A DNA stretch of 64,000 bases from an uncultured Pelagibacteraceae bacterium (GTDB lineage Bacteria; Pseudomonadota; Alphaproteobacteria; Pelagibacterales; Pelagibacteraceae), in NCBI GenBank assembly GCA_902533585.1, contig CACAMG010000001.1, positions 5,437 to 69,436 of the forward strand. Reading direction: 5' to 3'. Position 1 is the first letter of the stretch, and every line of letters starts with the position of its first letter. Below the pieces are notes generated by a model, which was not told the DNA's origin, did no database searches, and was given only the letters and a program-made list of their open reading frames with translations. Both the position numbers and the translations under genes were made by a program. Shown here one piece after another: positions 28,945-38,811 of this stretch.

Positions 28945-29019
28945 AATCTCCTTATTTTTATTATTTTATTGACTTATTTTCGGGATATAGCATTGTCGTA
29001 AAAACATAGCAATTTTTTT

Positions 29020-30201
29020 ATGAAAAAATCACTAAAAACTTTTTTAAAAGACTCAGCAAAAGATTACTTAAATAGGTCAGCAAATCCTGCGATAGTGAGA
29101 GCTTCTACAATTTATTTTAAATCAATACAAGAATTAAAAAGCCATCAAAAGAAAATTGCCAAAGGTGGAAAAGCGGAATTTTTTGATTATGGAAGACAAG
29201 GAAGTCAAACAACCATAGCTTTGCAGAGAATTTTAAATGAAATGGAAGAATCACACCAAGTATTTTTAACTCAAACAGGATTTGCTGCTGTAGTACTTGC
29301 AATCATGAGTGTTTGCAGACCAGGAGATGAAATATTGATTTCCGATTGCGTTTATCGTCCAACACAAAAATTAACAAGTCAACTTCTTAAAGAATTTAAT
29401 ATAAAAACAGTTTGGTACAACCCTAATAGTTTTGATGATTTAAAGTCAAAAATAACCAATAGAACAAAACTAATTTACGTTGAGAATCCTGGTAGTAATT
29501 CTTTTGAATTTCAAGATTTGGGAAAAATAGTTGCCCTTGCTAAAAGGAATAAGATATATTCAGCAATAGACAATACATGGGCGACAGCATACTTTTTTAA
29601 ACCAATAAAATTAGGATTTGATTTATCAATTACTTCTGCAACAAAATATTATTCAGGTCATTCAGATGTAATGGCAGGCACTTTAGCAGTAAGTAAAAAA
29701 GTTTACAAAAAAGTTTGGTGGTTTAACCATGTATCAGGTTATAGGTTGTCGGCCGATGATGCATATTTGATTATAAGAGGTTTAAGAACATTAGATCTTC
29801 GAATGGAAAAACATCAGGAAAATACCAAAAATGTCATTAGATGGCTGTCTAAGCAAAAAAAAATAACTAATATTTTATATCCATATAAAACTTCATCCAA
29901 AAATTACAAAATGTGGAAAAAATATTATAAAGGAGCATCTGGTTTGCTTGGATTAATCATTAAAAGTACAAGCAAGTCATCAGTCTACAAATTTATCAAC
30001 TCATTAGAATTTTTTGGAATTGGATATAGCTGGGGCGGATACTCAAGTTTAGCAGTTTACAACCATAAATCTGATATGGGTGAAAGAAAATATTTTAAAT
30101 TAAAAAAAAATCATCATTTAATACGTCTCCATATAGGTCTTGAAGATGCTAATGATTTGATTAAAGATCTTAGCAAATCTTTAAAATTTATAAAAACATG
30201 A
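29020..30201 (+). CDS. metC: cystathionine beta-lyase
   Basis: YGRQG, ENPGS, DNTWA, PLP Lys motif SATKYYSGHSD, GYSWGG. Confidence 0.85.
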   Translation: MKKSLKTFLKDSAKDYLNRSANPAIVRASTIYFKSIQELKSHQKKIAKGGKAEFFDYGRQGSQTTIALQRILNEMEESHQVFLTQTGFAAVVLAIMSVCRPGDEILISDCVYRPTQKLTSQLLKEFNIKTVWYNPNSFDDLKSKITNRTKLIYVENPGSNSFEFQDLGKIVALAKRNKIYSAIDNTWATAYFFKPIKLGFDLSITSATKYYSGHSDVMAGTLAVSKKVYKKVWWFNHVSGYRLSADDAYLIIRGLRTLDLRMEKHQENTKNVIRWLSKQKKITNILYPYKTSSKNYKMWKKYYKGASGLLGLIIKSTSKSSVYKFINSLEFFGIGYSWGGYSSLAVYNHKSDMGERKYFKLKKNHHLIRLHIGLEDANDLIKDLSKSLKFIKT

Positions 30202-31412
30202 CAGAAAAGTTTATTCCAAACAAACAAGCTTTAATTACTTTAATAGCGGCATGTTTAGTGGTCATTATATCTTTAGGTATTAGACAAACTTTCGGTCTTT
30301 TTTTTTTCGATTTTGAAGTTGATCTTGGATGCACACAAACCGAGTTTGGTTTTGCAATGGGTATTCAATTACTTTTCTGGGGTCTTTTAGGGCCAATTTT
30401 TGGAGTAATTACTGACAAATTTAGTGGGAGAGTTGCTGTATTTATAGGTTTTTTATTTTATTTAGCAGGAATTTATTATTTAAATTATGGACCTAATACA
30501 GGATTCTGGTTTACTTTTGATTTAGGAATTTTGATAGGAATTGGACTTGCCGCAACAGCAATAAGTATTCCTGTTTCAATAGTAGCTAAACATTTTCCAT
30601 TAAATTCTAGAACCATAGCAACAGGAATTGTTACTGCCGCTGGTTCTTTTGGATATTTTGTTTCTCCAATGTATACACAATTTACACTTATAGAGTTTGG
30701 CTGGAATGTAACATTAGTTATTTTTGGTGCTATGATTATTGTTGGATTGGTTATTTCATTATTTTTATCAACTCCTATGCAAGAAATAAAAAAGGAAGAA
30801 AACGAACAAACTGCAATGGAAGCTTTAAAGGAAGCATTTACAAATAAAAGTTTTAATTATTTAACTTTAGGTTTTTTTGTTTGTGGATGGCATATCGCAT
30901 TAGTTGCCACACATATTCCAATGCATATAAGAGATAAAGGACTTGAAGATTGGACAGCCACAGCAATTTTAGCTCTCATAGGGCTATTTAATGTTTTTGG
31001 AACTTTAAGCAGCGGATATTTATCTACAAGAATTAGTAAGAAAAAATTATTAAGTGCAATTTACTTATTAAGAGGAGTGTCATTGATATATTTTGTATTT
31101 ATGCCCTCGAATGTAGTTAATTCTTTAATTTTTGGAGCTACGTTTGGTTATTTGTGGTTATCAACAGTTCCACCAACCAATGGGATAGTCGGTCACATAT
31201 TTGGGACAAAATATATATCTTTGTTGTATGGGTTTGTTTTTTTAAGTCATCAAGTAGGTTCATTTCTTGGAGCTTATCTTGGTGGTTTATTTCATGATTT
31301 ATATGGATCTCTAGATTATGCATGGTACATTTCTATTGCTTTATCTTTATTTGCAGGCTTGATACATTTGCCGATAAAAGAGAAAGCCATTGAAAGAACA
31401 CAATTCGCATAA
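30198..31412 (+). CDS. MFS transporter
   Basis: About 12 TM helices; GIRQTFG, FFVCGWH, SHQVGSFLG. Confidence 0.85.
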   Translation: MTEKFIPNKQALITLIAACLVVIISLGIRQTFGLFFFDFEVDLGCTQTEFGFAMGIQLLFWGLLGPIFGVITDKFSGRVAVFIGFLFYLAGIYYLNYGPNTGFWFTFDLGILIGIGLAATAISIPVSIVAKHFPLNSRTIATGIVTAAGSFGYFVSPMYTQFTLIEFGWNVTLVIFGAMIIVGLVISLFLSTPMQEIKKEENEQTAMEALKEAFTNKSFNYLTLGFFVCGWHIALVATHIPMHIRDKGLEDWTATAILALIGLFNVFGTLSSGYLSTRISKKKLLSAIYLLRGVSLIYFVFMPSNVVNSLIFGATFGYLWLSTVPPTNGIVGHIFGTKYISLLYGFVFLSHQVGSFLGAYLGGLFHDLYGSLDYAWYISIALSLFAGLIHLPIKEKAIERTQFA

Positions 31413-32604
31413 TCTGAAATTTAATCCTTATTTAGAAAAACTATATTATTCTAATAAGCCTTTAATTATATATAAGGTAAAAGATGGATATAATTTATAT
31501 ACTGATTTTTCTAAAAAAATAATATTAACAAATAAAAATATTAACAAATTTTTTAATTTTTTTTCAAATAAAAAGTTTAAAAAAGAAACCGATCTTTTTA
31601 TAGGTTTTTTTGGATATGAAATACTTTGTAATTTATTAGGTGTTAAAATCAACAACCAAAAAAAAATTAACTTTCATAAAGGAATATTTTATAAACCGGA
31701 AACGGTTATTCAAATAAGAAAACATATAAAAATAATTTCATCAGTAAAAAAACATAATTTTAAAAATCATTTCAACAAAACTCAAATTTTAAGCCCATTT
31801 AAATTGAATATTAATTATAAAAAATATAAAAAAATATTTAATTTATTTTCTAAAAAAATAAGAGAAGGCGAAACCTACCAAATAAAAATTTGTACAAAGT
31901 ATAAAAATAAATCCACAATTAATCCTGTTAATTTTTTTTGGAAATTAATGAAAATTAATTCTTCGCCAGAATCTTTTATGATTAGAGATAAAGATTTTTC
32001 TATAGTTAGCTGCTCACCAGAAACTTTAATTGATAAAAAGGGTAATAATATAATCACAAAACCAATTGCTGGAACGCTTAAGAAAAATAAAAAAATTAAC
32101 AAAAGAAAAGCACTAAATTTTTTTAAAAATAATAATAAAGAAACAAAAGAGCACAATATGATTGTTGATATGGAAAGAAACGATTTATCAAGAATATGTA
32201 AAACAGGAACTGTAAAGATTTTAAAGAAAAAATACGTTGAAGAATACAAACATCTTTTTCATTATGTAACAACGATACAAGGGAAATTAAAAAAAAAAAC
32301 TATTATTAAAAACATAGTTAAATCAATGATGCCAGGAGGCTCTGTAATTGGATGTCCAAAGATTAGGACACTAGAACTTTTAAACAAACAAGAAACAGAA
32401 GATAGAAATATCTTTACTGGTAGTTTTGGTTTTATAAAATTTAATCATGATATGAGATTCAATATAATTATAAGATCAATTTTAAATTATAAAAATACAT
32501 CGGAAATATCAGCTGCATCAGGAGTTGTATTAGACAGTTCTTCGAAAAAAGAATTTAATGAAAATTTTATTAAAGCCAAATCTTTGTTGGAATTATACAA
32601 ATGA
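31390..32604 (+). CDS. pabB: aminodeoxychorismate synthase component I (chorismate-binding)
   Basis: GETYQ, SCSPE, KPIAGT, EHNMIVDMERND, PGGSVIGCPK, NIIIRS. Confidence 0.75.
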   Translation: MKEHNSHNLKFNPYLEKLYYSNKPLIIYKVKDGYNLYTDFSKKIILTNKNINKFFNFFSNKKFKKETDLFIGFFGYEILCNLLGVKINNQKKINFHKGIFYKPETVIQIRKHIKIISSVKKHNFKNHFNKTQILSPFKLNINYKKYKKIFNLFSKKIREGETYQIKICTKYKNKSTINPVNFFWKLMKINSSPESFMIRDKDFSIVSCSPETLIDKKGNNIITKPIAGTLKKNKKINKRKALNFFKNNNKETKEHNMIVDMERNDLSRICKTGTVKILKKKYVEEYKHLFHYVTTIQGKLKKKTIIKNIVKSMMPGGSVIGCPKIRTLELLNKQETEDRNIFTGSFGFIKFNHDMRFNIIIRSILNYKNTSEISAASGVVLDSSSKKEFNENFIKAKSLLELYK

Positions 32605-33158
32605 TATATATTATAGATCATCAAGACTCATTTACATGGAATATTGTTCATCAATTTTCAAAGTTCGATAAAGTTTTTTGTTCAAATTATTTTGAAATTA
32701 ATAAAAAAAAATTAGATAAATCTGATACTATAGTTTTGTCACCTGGACCAGGTTCGCCTAGTGACTATCCACTGACATCTATAATTTACAATAAATATAA
32801 AGGAAAAAAGAAAATTATTGGAATTTGTTTAGGGTATCAACAAATATTGTTTAATGAAAAAGGAAAAATAGTCCAACAAAAAAATATTTTCCATGGATAC
32901 CAATCAAAAATAAAAGTAACAAAAGATAGCAAATTATTTAAAAAGAATATGTTATTTAAAGTTGGTAGATATCATTCTTTGAAATTACATGAGCCATACA
33001 AATCAAAAAATATAAAAATATCCATGAGATGTGTTAAATCAAATATACCAATGGGAATTGAAGATACAAAAAATAATATTTATGGCGTACAATTTCACCC
33101 CGAATCTTTTTTAACTGAAAATGGCAACACTATTATTAAAAAAATCTTATCGGCATAA
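32601..33158 (+). CDS. pabA: glutamine amidotransferase component II
   Basis: DSFTWN, SPGPG, GICLG, RYHSL, QFHPES. Confidence 0.8.
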   Translation: MIYIIDHQDSFTWNIVHQFSKFDKVFCSNYFEINKKKLDKSDTIVLSPGPGSPSDYPLTSIIYNKYKGKKKIIGICLGYQQILFNEKGKIVQQKNIFHGYQSKIKVTKDSKLFKKNMLFKVGRYHSLKLHEPYKSKNIKISMRCVKSNIPMGIEDTKNNIYGVQFHPESFLTENGNTIIKKILSA

Positions 33159-33894
33159 AGATTTAAAAGAAATCAAATTCAAGGATTTATGGAATAGTTA
33201 TGGTGTATTTACAACTATGAGTATTATAGGAAAACCAGCAAAGATTTTATTTTTTAGAAATCATATAGATAATTTAATTAATTCATTAAACAAATATAAA
33301 ATTAAAAAGAAAAATATTAAAAAAAATATTCTTAAGTTAATTAAATTAAATATTAGTAATAAAAAAAATTATGATCACTTACTTAGAGTGGCATCAAATA
33401 ATCAAATGATATCAATATCTTTAAGAAAAAGAATAAAACCAAAATTAAATTTTTCTATTAAATTGGTTAATTATAAAAGAATTGATCCTGAATACAAAAA
33501 TTTGAAATACAAGAAAATTCTCAGTTATCTAAAAAAAATCGATACAAGTAAAATGGATATAGCTTTGTATAAAGATAATAAAATTTTAGAAAGTGGAACT
33601 TCTAATCTTTTATTTATTAAAAAAAATAAAATATATTCACCTATAAATAACTTTTATAAAGGAATAACTTTTAAATTTTTTTCAAAGAAATTAAAAAGAA
33701 TAAAAAAAAGCAATATTTATGTTGATTCTTTAAATGAGTATGATGAAATTATAATGATTGGTTCCGGTAAAGGAGTTGCCTCAATTTATTCAATTAAAAA
33801 ACCATATTGGAAAAGAAAAAGTTTGAAAAATTATAGAATTTTATCCAATATTTATCAAAAAGCTGTTAAGAATTGTCCTCGATATAACGGTTGA
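33121..33894 (+). CDS. pabC: class IV PLP enzyme, probable aminodeoxychorismate lyase
   Basis: GVFTTM, KNLKY, ESGTSNL, GIT; clustered with pabB and pabA. Confidence 0.65.
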   Translation: MATLLLKKSYRHKDLKEIKFKDLWNSYGVFTTMSIIGKPAKILFFRNHIDNLINSLNKYKIKKKNIKKNILKLIKLNISNKKNYDHLLRVASNNQMISISLRKRIKPKLNFSIKLVNYKRIDPEYKNLKYKKILSYLKKIDTSKMDIALYKDNKILESGTSNLLFIKKNKIYSPINNFYKGITFKFFSKKLKRIKKSNIYVDSLNEYDEIIMIGSGKGVASIYSIKKPYWKRKSLKNYRILSNIYQKAVKNCPRYNG

Positions 33895-33944
33895 TCTATA
33901 TTGACATCTATACTAAAAACTTTCTTCTAAAGGGAGAAAAAATC

Positions 33945-34748
33945 ATGATTTTATTGGTTAATCCGTTTTCAATATTAGCTGAAACTGTCTCGCCAATTTA
34001 TATGCAATCTTTTGTTATATTGATGTTAGTATTAATTATAGTTGGAACACTTTTAGATATTATTCATAAAAAAAATGTTAAATACTTTTTTGAAAATGCA
34101 AAAAAAGCCAAGTTATCAGCTACCAAAACTTTAAGTTCAGGAGAAAAAATATCTGTAATTTCAAAGACTATTATTAGTGAAATTGCCACAACATCAGAAC
34201 TCGGTACTGGAAAAAGAAGGGTAGCTCATCTTCTTGGAATGTATGGGACAATTTTATTTTGGATTGGTTCAGTAATAATGATTTTTTGTTATTCAAACTC
34301 ATCTTCAGATACACCTTCCTTTTGGCCAATCATTTGGCATGTAGGTGCAATAATGACAGTTGTAGGTGGAAGTTGGTTTTGGTTTTTTTTAAGAGTTGAT
34401 GTTTATTCAGAAGCTCAACCATGGTATAGAATTATAAAAGCAGACTTATTTGTACTTGCACTTGTCGCATCTTCTTTTTTTGGTTTAATTTGGTCATATT
34501 TACAATATTTAAATTTAGATGATAGATGGGATGACAAAGTATTTTTAGTTTTATTTATTATATCCAACCTAGTTTTATTTGGTGGTGTGTATTGGTCAAA
34601 ATTTGCACATATGTTTTACAAACCAGGAGCAGCAATACAAAAAAATTTAGCTGAGGCTGATGGGTCTAGGGACAATTTGCCGCCAGAAGCAGATGCACCA
34701 AAACAATTTGGATTAGGTATAAAAAGAGATGAGCCAAAACATTATTAA
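33945..34748 (+). CDS. aprM: APS reductase membrane anchor
   Basis: RRVAHLLGMYG, WFWFFLRVDV, WSKFAHMFYKP; directly upstream of aprBA; GGGAG Shine-Dalgarno supports ATG at 33945. Confidence 0.9.
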   Translation: MILLVNPFSILAETVSPIYMQSFVILMLVLIIVGTLLDIIHKKNVKYFFENAKKAKLSATKTLSSGEKISVISKTIISEIATTSELGTGKRRVAHLLGMYGTILFWIGSVIMIFCYSNSSSDTPSFWPIIWHVGAIMTVVGGSWFWFFLRVDVYSEAQPWYRIIKADLFVLALVASSFFGLIWSYLQYLNLDDRWDDKVFLVLFIISNLVLFGGVYWSKFAHMFYKPGAAIQKNLAEADGSRDNLPPEADAPKQFGLGIKRDEPKHY

Positions 34749-34769
34749 TATGATAGAGAAAAAATAAAT

Positions 34770-35240
34770 ATGTCAACTTTTGTATATATGACTCGTTGTG
34801 ATGGATGTGGCCACTGCGTTGATATTTGTCCATCAGATATTATGCATATTGATGAAACTATTAGACGTGCAAAAAATATTGAACCCAATTTTTGTTGGGA
34901 ATGTTATTCATGCGTGAAAGCTTGCCCAAATCACGCAATAGATGTTCGAGGTTATGCTGATTTTGCACCTATGGGCCATAGTGTTAGAGTTAGAAGAGAA
35001 GAAGAAAAAGGAACTATATCTTGGAAAATTAAATTTAGAAATGGAACAGTAAAAGATTTCGTTTCACCAATTACAACTAAACCATGGGGAAAATTTATTC
35101 CTAAACTTGCAGATGGTGATAAACCAAATCAAGGTGAAATAAATTCTCAAACACTTTATTCTGAGCCTAAAGGTTTAAATACAAATAAGGAATTGCCTAA
35201 AGTTGAAAAAAGCGCATTTAAAAAAGGAGTTTATTATTAG
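34770..35240 (+). CDS. aprB: adenylylsulfate reductase beta subunit
   Basis: TFVYMTRCDGCGHCVDICPSDIM, CWECYSCVKACP, RGYADF. Confidence 0.97.
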   Translation: MSTFVYMTRCDGCGHCVDICPSDIMHIDETIRRAKNIEPNFCWECYSCVKACPNHAIDVRGYADFAPMGHSVRVRREEEKGTISWKIKFRNGTVKDFVSPITTKPWGKFIPKLADGDKPNQGEINSQTLYSEPKGLNTNKELPKVEKSAFKKGVYY

Positions 35241-37096
35241 TGGGTAAAAAAACTGTTTTTGAAGATTGTGATATTCTTGTTGTCGGTGGCGGTATGGCAG
35301 GGACAGGCGCTACTTTTGAAGCAAGGCACTGGGGCAGAGATTTAAAAATTATTTGTGTTGAAAAAGCAAATATAGACAGAAGCGGAGCAGTAGCTCAAGG
35401 TTTATATGCAATCAATTGTTATATGGGAATGCAATGGGGAGAAAACCAACCCGAAGATCATGTTCGTTATGCTCGAAATGATTTAATGGGGTTGGTAAGA
35501 GAAGATCTTGGTTATGATATGGCTCGCCACGTAGACTCAACAGTTCATATGTTTGATGAATGGGGTCTACCAATGATGAGAAATAAAGAAACTGGCCGTT
35601 ACCAACGTGAAGGTAAGTGGCAAATTATGATTCATGGAGAAAGTTACAAACCAATAGTTGCTGAAGCAGCAAAAAAGTCTGCTGATAAAATTTACAATAG
35701 AATCATGATTACACACCTTTTAATGGATGAAACGAAAGAAAATAGAGTAGGTGGAGCAGTAGGATTTAATATGAGAACTGGCGATTACCATGTCTTTAGA
35801 TCAAAAACAGTAATTGTTTCTGCAGGTGGAGCTTCTCACATTTTTAAACCAAGAGCAGTTGGAGAAGGAATGGGTAGAACCTGGTATGCACCTTGGAGCA
35901 ATGGCTCAGCTTATGCATTACCAATTGCAGCTGGAGCTAAAATGACACAAATGGAAAATAGAATTGTGTTGTGTAGATTTAAAGATGGTTATGGCCCAGT
36001 AGGAGCATACTTTTTACATTTAAAAACTTACACTCAAAATGCCAACGGAGAAAATTATGAAAAAAAATGGTATGAAAAAACAAAAGAATTAGTTGGAGAA
36101 TATATAGATCATCATCCAACACCAACTTGTTTACGTAATCATGCTTTTATACAAGAAGTTATGGCTGGTGGTGGACCAATTCATATGGTAACAAAAGAAG
36201 CATTTCAAGACCCACATTTAGAAACAGTGGGATGGGAAAACTTTCTTGGAATGACTGTTGGCCAAGCAGTTGTTTGGGCTTCACAAAACATTGATCCAAA
36301 ATATACAAATCCAGAATTAACAACATCTGAACCTTATGTTATGGGTTCCCATGCTACTTGCTCTGGAGCATGGGTCAGTGGACCAGAAGATATTTCGCCA
36401 CCAGAATATTTTTGGGGTTATAATAGAATGACAACAGTAGAAGGTTTATTTGGAGCTGGAGACACAGTAGGAGGAAGTGCCCATAAATTTTCTTCAGGAT
36501 CATTTACAGAAGGGCGTTTAGCAGCAAAAGCAGCTGTTAAGTATATTGAAGAGCAAAAAGCCAAAGATATTAAAGTTAGCGATAGTCAATGTGAAGAATT
36601 TAAAAAAATTATATTTAAACCTTTAGAAAATTACACTGTGGGAAGAAACGAAATTACAGGAGGAACTGTTTCTCCAAGTTATATATCTCCAATACAAGGT
36701 CTTCAACGTTTACAAAAGATAATGGACGAATATGTAGGTGGAATATCATATAATTATATGACAAATGAAAATACTCTAAAAAGAGGTTTGGAACTTTTAG
36801 AATGGTTACAAGAAGATTTAGAAAATGTTGGAGCTGAAGACTATCACCAGCTTATGCGTGCATGGGAATTAAAACATAGAACTCTAACATCCCAATGTGT
36901 AACAGAGCATACCCTTTTTAGACAAGAAACACGTTGGCCTGGGTATTATTATAGAGGCGATTATATGAAACTAGACGATGAAAACTGGCATTGTTTAACA
37001 TTATCAAGACGTGATCCAAAAACTGGAAAATTCTCTATGGAGAAGGCACCCGTCTATCACATAGTTGATGAAAAAGAAAAAAAAGAAGCTTCTTAG
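35240..37096 (+). CDS. aprA: adenylylsulfate reductase alpha subunit
   Basis: RSGAVAQGL.AIN, GKWQIMIHGESYK, RFKDGYGPVGA, HKFSSGS; GTG start overlaps the aprB stop. Confidence 0.97.
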   Translation: MGKKTVFEDCDILVVGGGMAGTGATFEARHWGRDLKIICVEKANIDRSGAVAQGLYAINCYMGMQWGENQPEDHVRYARNDLMGLVREDLGYDMARHVDSTVHMFDEWGLPMMRNKETGRYQREGKWQIMIHGESYKPIVAEAAKKSADKIYNRIMITHLLMDETKENRVGGAVGFNMRTGDYHVFRSKTVIVSAGGASHIFKPRAVGEGMGRTWYAPWSNGSAYALPIAAGAKMTQMENRIVLCRFKDGYGPVGAYFLHLKTYTQNANGENYEKKWYEKTKELVGEYIDHHPTPTCLRNHAFIQEVMAGGGPIHMVTKEAFQDPHLETVGWENFLGMTVGQAVVWASQNIDPKYTNPELTTSEPYVMGSHATCSGAWVSGPEDISPPEYFWGYNRMTTVEGLFGAGDTVGGSAHKFSSGSFTEGRLAAKAAVKYIEEQKAKDIKVSDSQCEEFKKIIFKPLENYTVGRNEITGGTVSPSYISPIQGLQRLQKIMDEYVGGISYNYMTNENTLKRGLELLEWLQEDLENVGAEDYHQLMRAWELKHRTLTSQCVTEHTLFRQETRWPGYYYRGDYMKLDDENWHCLTLSRRDPKTGKFSMEKAPVYHIVDEKEKKEAS

Positions 37097-37112
37097 AAAA
37101 TATATTATTTAG

Positions 37113-37463
37113 ATGAGCCTTCTGGATAAGACAGATAAGGAAATAATAAAAATTGCCGATCCAATATGGCAAAACCTTGTAAAGTCATCTAACATTAAAG
37201 ATTATGGCGGTTTTACCAGAGATTTTTCATCTCAAATGCTTTATGGAGCAAATGAAATTGAACTTGGTAAACAATGGGCAAGCAATGATTTGATCACAAA
37301 TCTGGCGGAAGACTGTAAAGCTTTTGGTTGTTTAAGAAGAGGTCTTTATGTATCCGTTCTTTATAAACAAACAAGCACCAAGTTGCCAGGGGAATTTTTG
37401 GGCAGACTTGTTTTGGGCGAGGAAGGTAGTTTGATCAAGGTCTTTGGAGCAACAATATTTTAA
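37113..37463 (+). CDS. hypothetical protein (DUF3887/NTF2-like?)
   Basis: Intact ORF 16 nt after aprA; DY..FTRDFS..M pattern; family uncertain. Confidence 0.55.
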   Translation: MSLLDKTDKEIIKIADPIWQNLVKSSNIKDYGGFTRDFSSQMLYGANEIELGKQWASNDLITNLAEDCKAFGCLRRGLYVSVLYKQTSTKLPGEFLGRLVLGEEGSLIKVFGATIF

Positions 37464-37526
37464 AAAAATATTATTAATTTTTCAAATAATGCTTGCAAAA
37501 TTATTATCTTATGTTACTTGGCAAGT

Positions 37527-37673
37527 ATGCTTAACAATTTTAAAATAAATATAAAAAAACTTGTTAAGCACCCGCAAAATTTTTTACTTTCTAGTTCAAA
37601 AGCTGTTGTGTATATAGGTTTAGCGCTATACTGGAGCGTTATAATTGTAGGTACCTTTTTACAAATTCATTAA
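37527..37673 (+). CDS. 48-aa small membrane protein (not in ORF track)
   Basis: MLNNFKINIKKLVKHPQNFLLSSSKAVVYIGLALYWSVIIVGTFLQIH*; C-terminal TM helix; fills an otherwise long spacer. Confidence 0.45.
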   Translation: MLNNFKINIKKLVKHPQNFLLSSSKAVVYIGLALYWSVIIVGTFLQIH

Positions 37674-37731
37674 TTAATATTTTTTATATCAAATAGTTGA
37701 CTTTAATATTTTAGAGGAATAATTATTATTA

Positions 37732-38811
37732 ATGGAAGTTTTTCTGCCAATAGCAGAGGTATCTGTAAATATACTTACAATTTTTTCTCTTAGTACAATC
37801 GTTGGTGTTTTATCCGGGTTATTTGGTGTAGGCGGAGGATTTCTTATGACTCCATTCTTAATTTTTTTAGGAATTCCACCTTCTTATGCCGTGGCAAATG
37901 AAGCAAATAATATTTTAGCAACATCAGTTTCTGGTTCAACAACTCATTGGTTAAAAAATACTTTGGATTATAAAATGGGAAGCATGATTGTTATTGGAGG
38001 AACATTTGGAACTATAATTGGAATCATTACATTTACTTATTTTAAGGAAATTGGAAAAATTAACATAGTTATTTCTTTATCATACATGTACATACTGGCT
38101 ATTATTGGAACATTAATGCTTGTTGAAGGAATAAGAGAAATAGATAGCGCTAGAAAAAAAATTATTGTCAGAAAAAAATTACATTCACATTACTGGATTC
38201 ATGGTCTTCCATTAAGAATGAGATTTAAAAAATCAAAACTTTATGAAAGCGCATTTACTCCAATTATAATAGGCTTGATAGTAGGGTTTATTGCTGCAAT
38301 CATGGGTATTGGTGGAGCTTTCATATTGGTTCCTGCAATGATTTATATTATAGGAATGCCAGTTAAGTTGGTACCAGGAACATCATTATTCGTTACTATT
38401 TTTGTAAGTGCAATTGTAACTATTCTTCACGCATTTAATTATGGTTCAATTGATTTAATTTTAGTTGCAATGCTAATTTTAGGATCAATTATAGGTGTTC
38501 AGGTTGGACAAAAAATAGGAGAGTTTGTTGATAGTTCTCAGCTGAAAGCTCTTTTGGCAATACTATTATTGTTAGTTGGTATAGCAATTGCTTACGATAG
38601 TTTTTTTGTTGAAGAAGCTGTTAAAGAAGCAACTTACAATGGAACAAAAAATTTAGGTCCTTTTTCAGTTTTTATTAAAAATCTTTCTAAAGATTTTCCC
38701 ATACAGTATGGAATAATTTCTATTATTTTTGCAATAGTGTTAGGAGTATCAGCAGCTTTTGGTAGAAGAGCTATCTCTAATTTAAGAAAAAATTATATAA
38801 AATCTAAATGA
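37732..38811 (+). CDS. tauE: sulfite exporter TauE/SafE family
   Basis: SGLFGVGGGFLMTP, IMGIGG.FILVPAMIY, GTSLF. Confidence 0.8.
   Translation: MEVFLPIAEVSVNILTIFSLSTIVGVLSGLFGVGGGFLMTPFLIFLGIPPSYAVANEANNILATSVSGSTTHWLKNTLDYKMGSMIVIGGTFGTIIGIITFTYFKEIGKINIVISLSYMYILAIIGTLMLVEGIREIDSARKKIIVRKKLHSHYWIHGLPLRMRFKKSKLYESAFTPIIIGLIVGFIAAIMGIGGAFILVPAMIYIIGMPVKLVPGTSLFVTIFVSAIVTILHAFNYGSIDLILVAMLILGSIIGVQVGQKIGEFVDSSQLKALLAILLLLVGIAIAYDSFFVEEAVKEATYNGTKNLGPFSVFIKNLSKDFPIQYGIISIIFAIVLGVSAAFGRRAISNLRKNYIKSK

Noticed and set aside
28945-29019. Possible SAM-II/SAM-V riboswitch upstream of metC
   Set aside because: No pseudoknot core (TTGAA..GCTAAA-like) recognised; the space is adequately explained by divergent promoters and a Shine-Dalgarno
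33945-37096. aprMBA as evidence for dissimilatory sulfate reduction
   Set aside because: An AprM anchor (not QmoABC), no sat or dsr in the window and the aerobic SAR11-like context indicate the oxidative/detoxifying type
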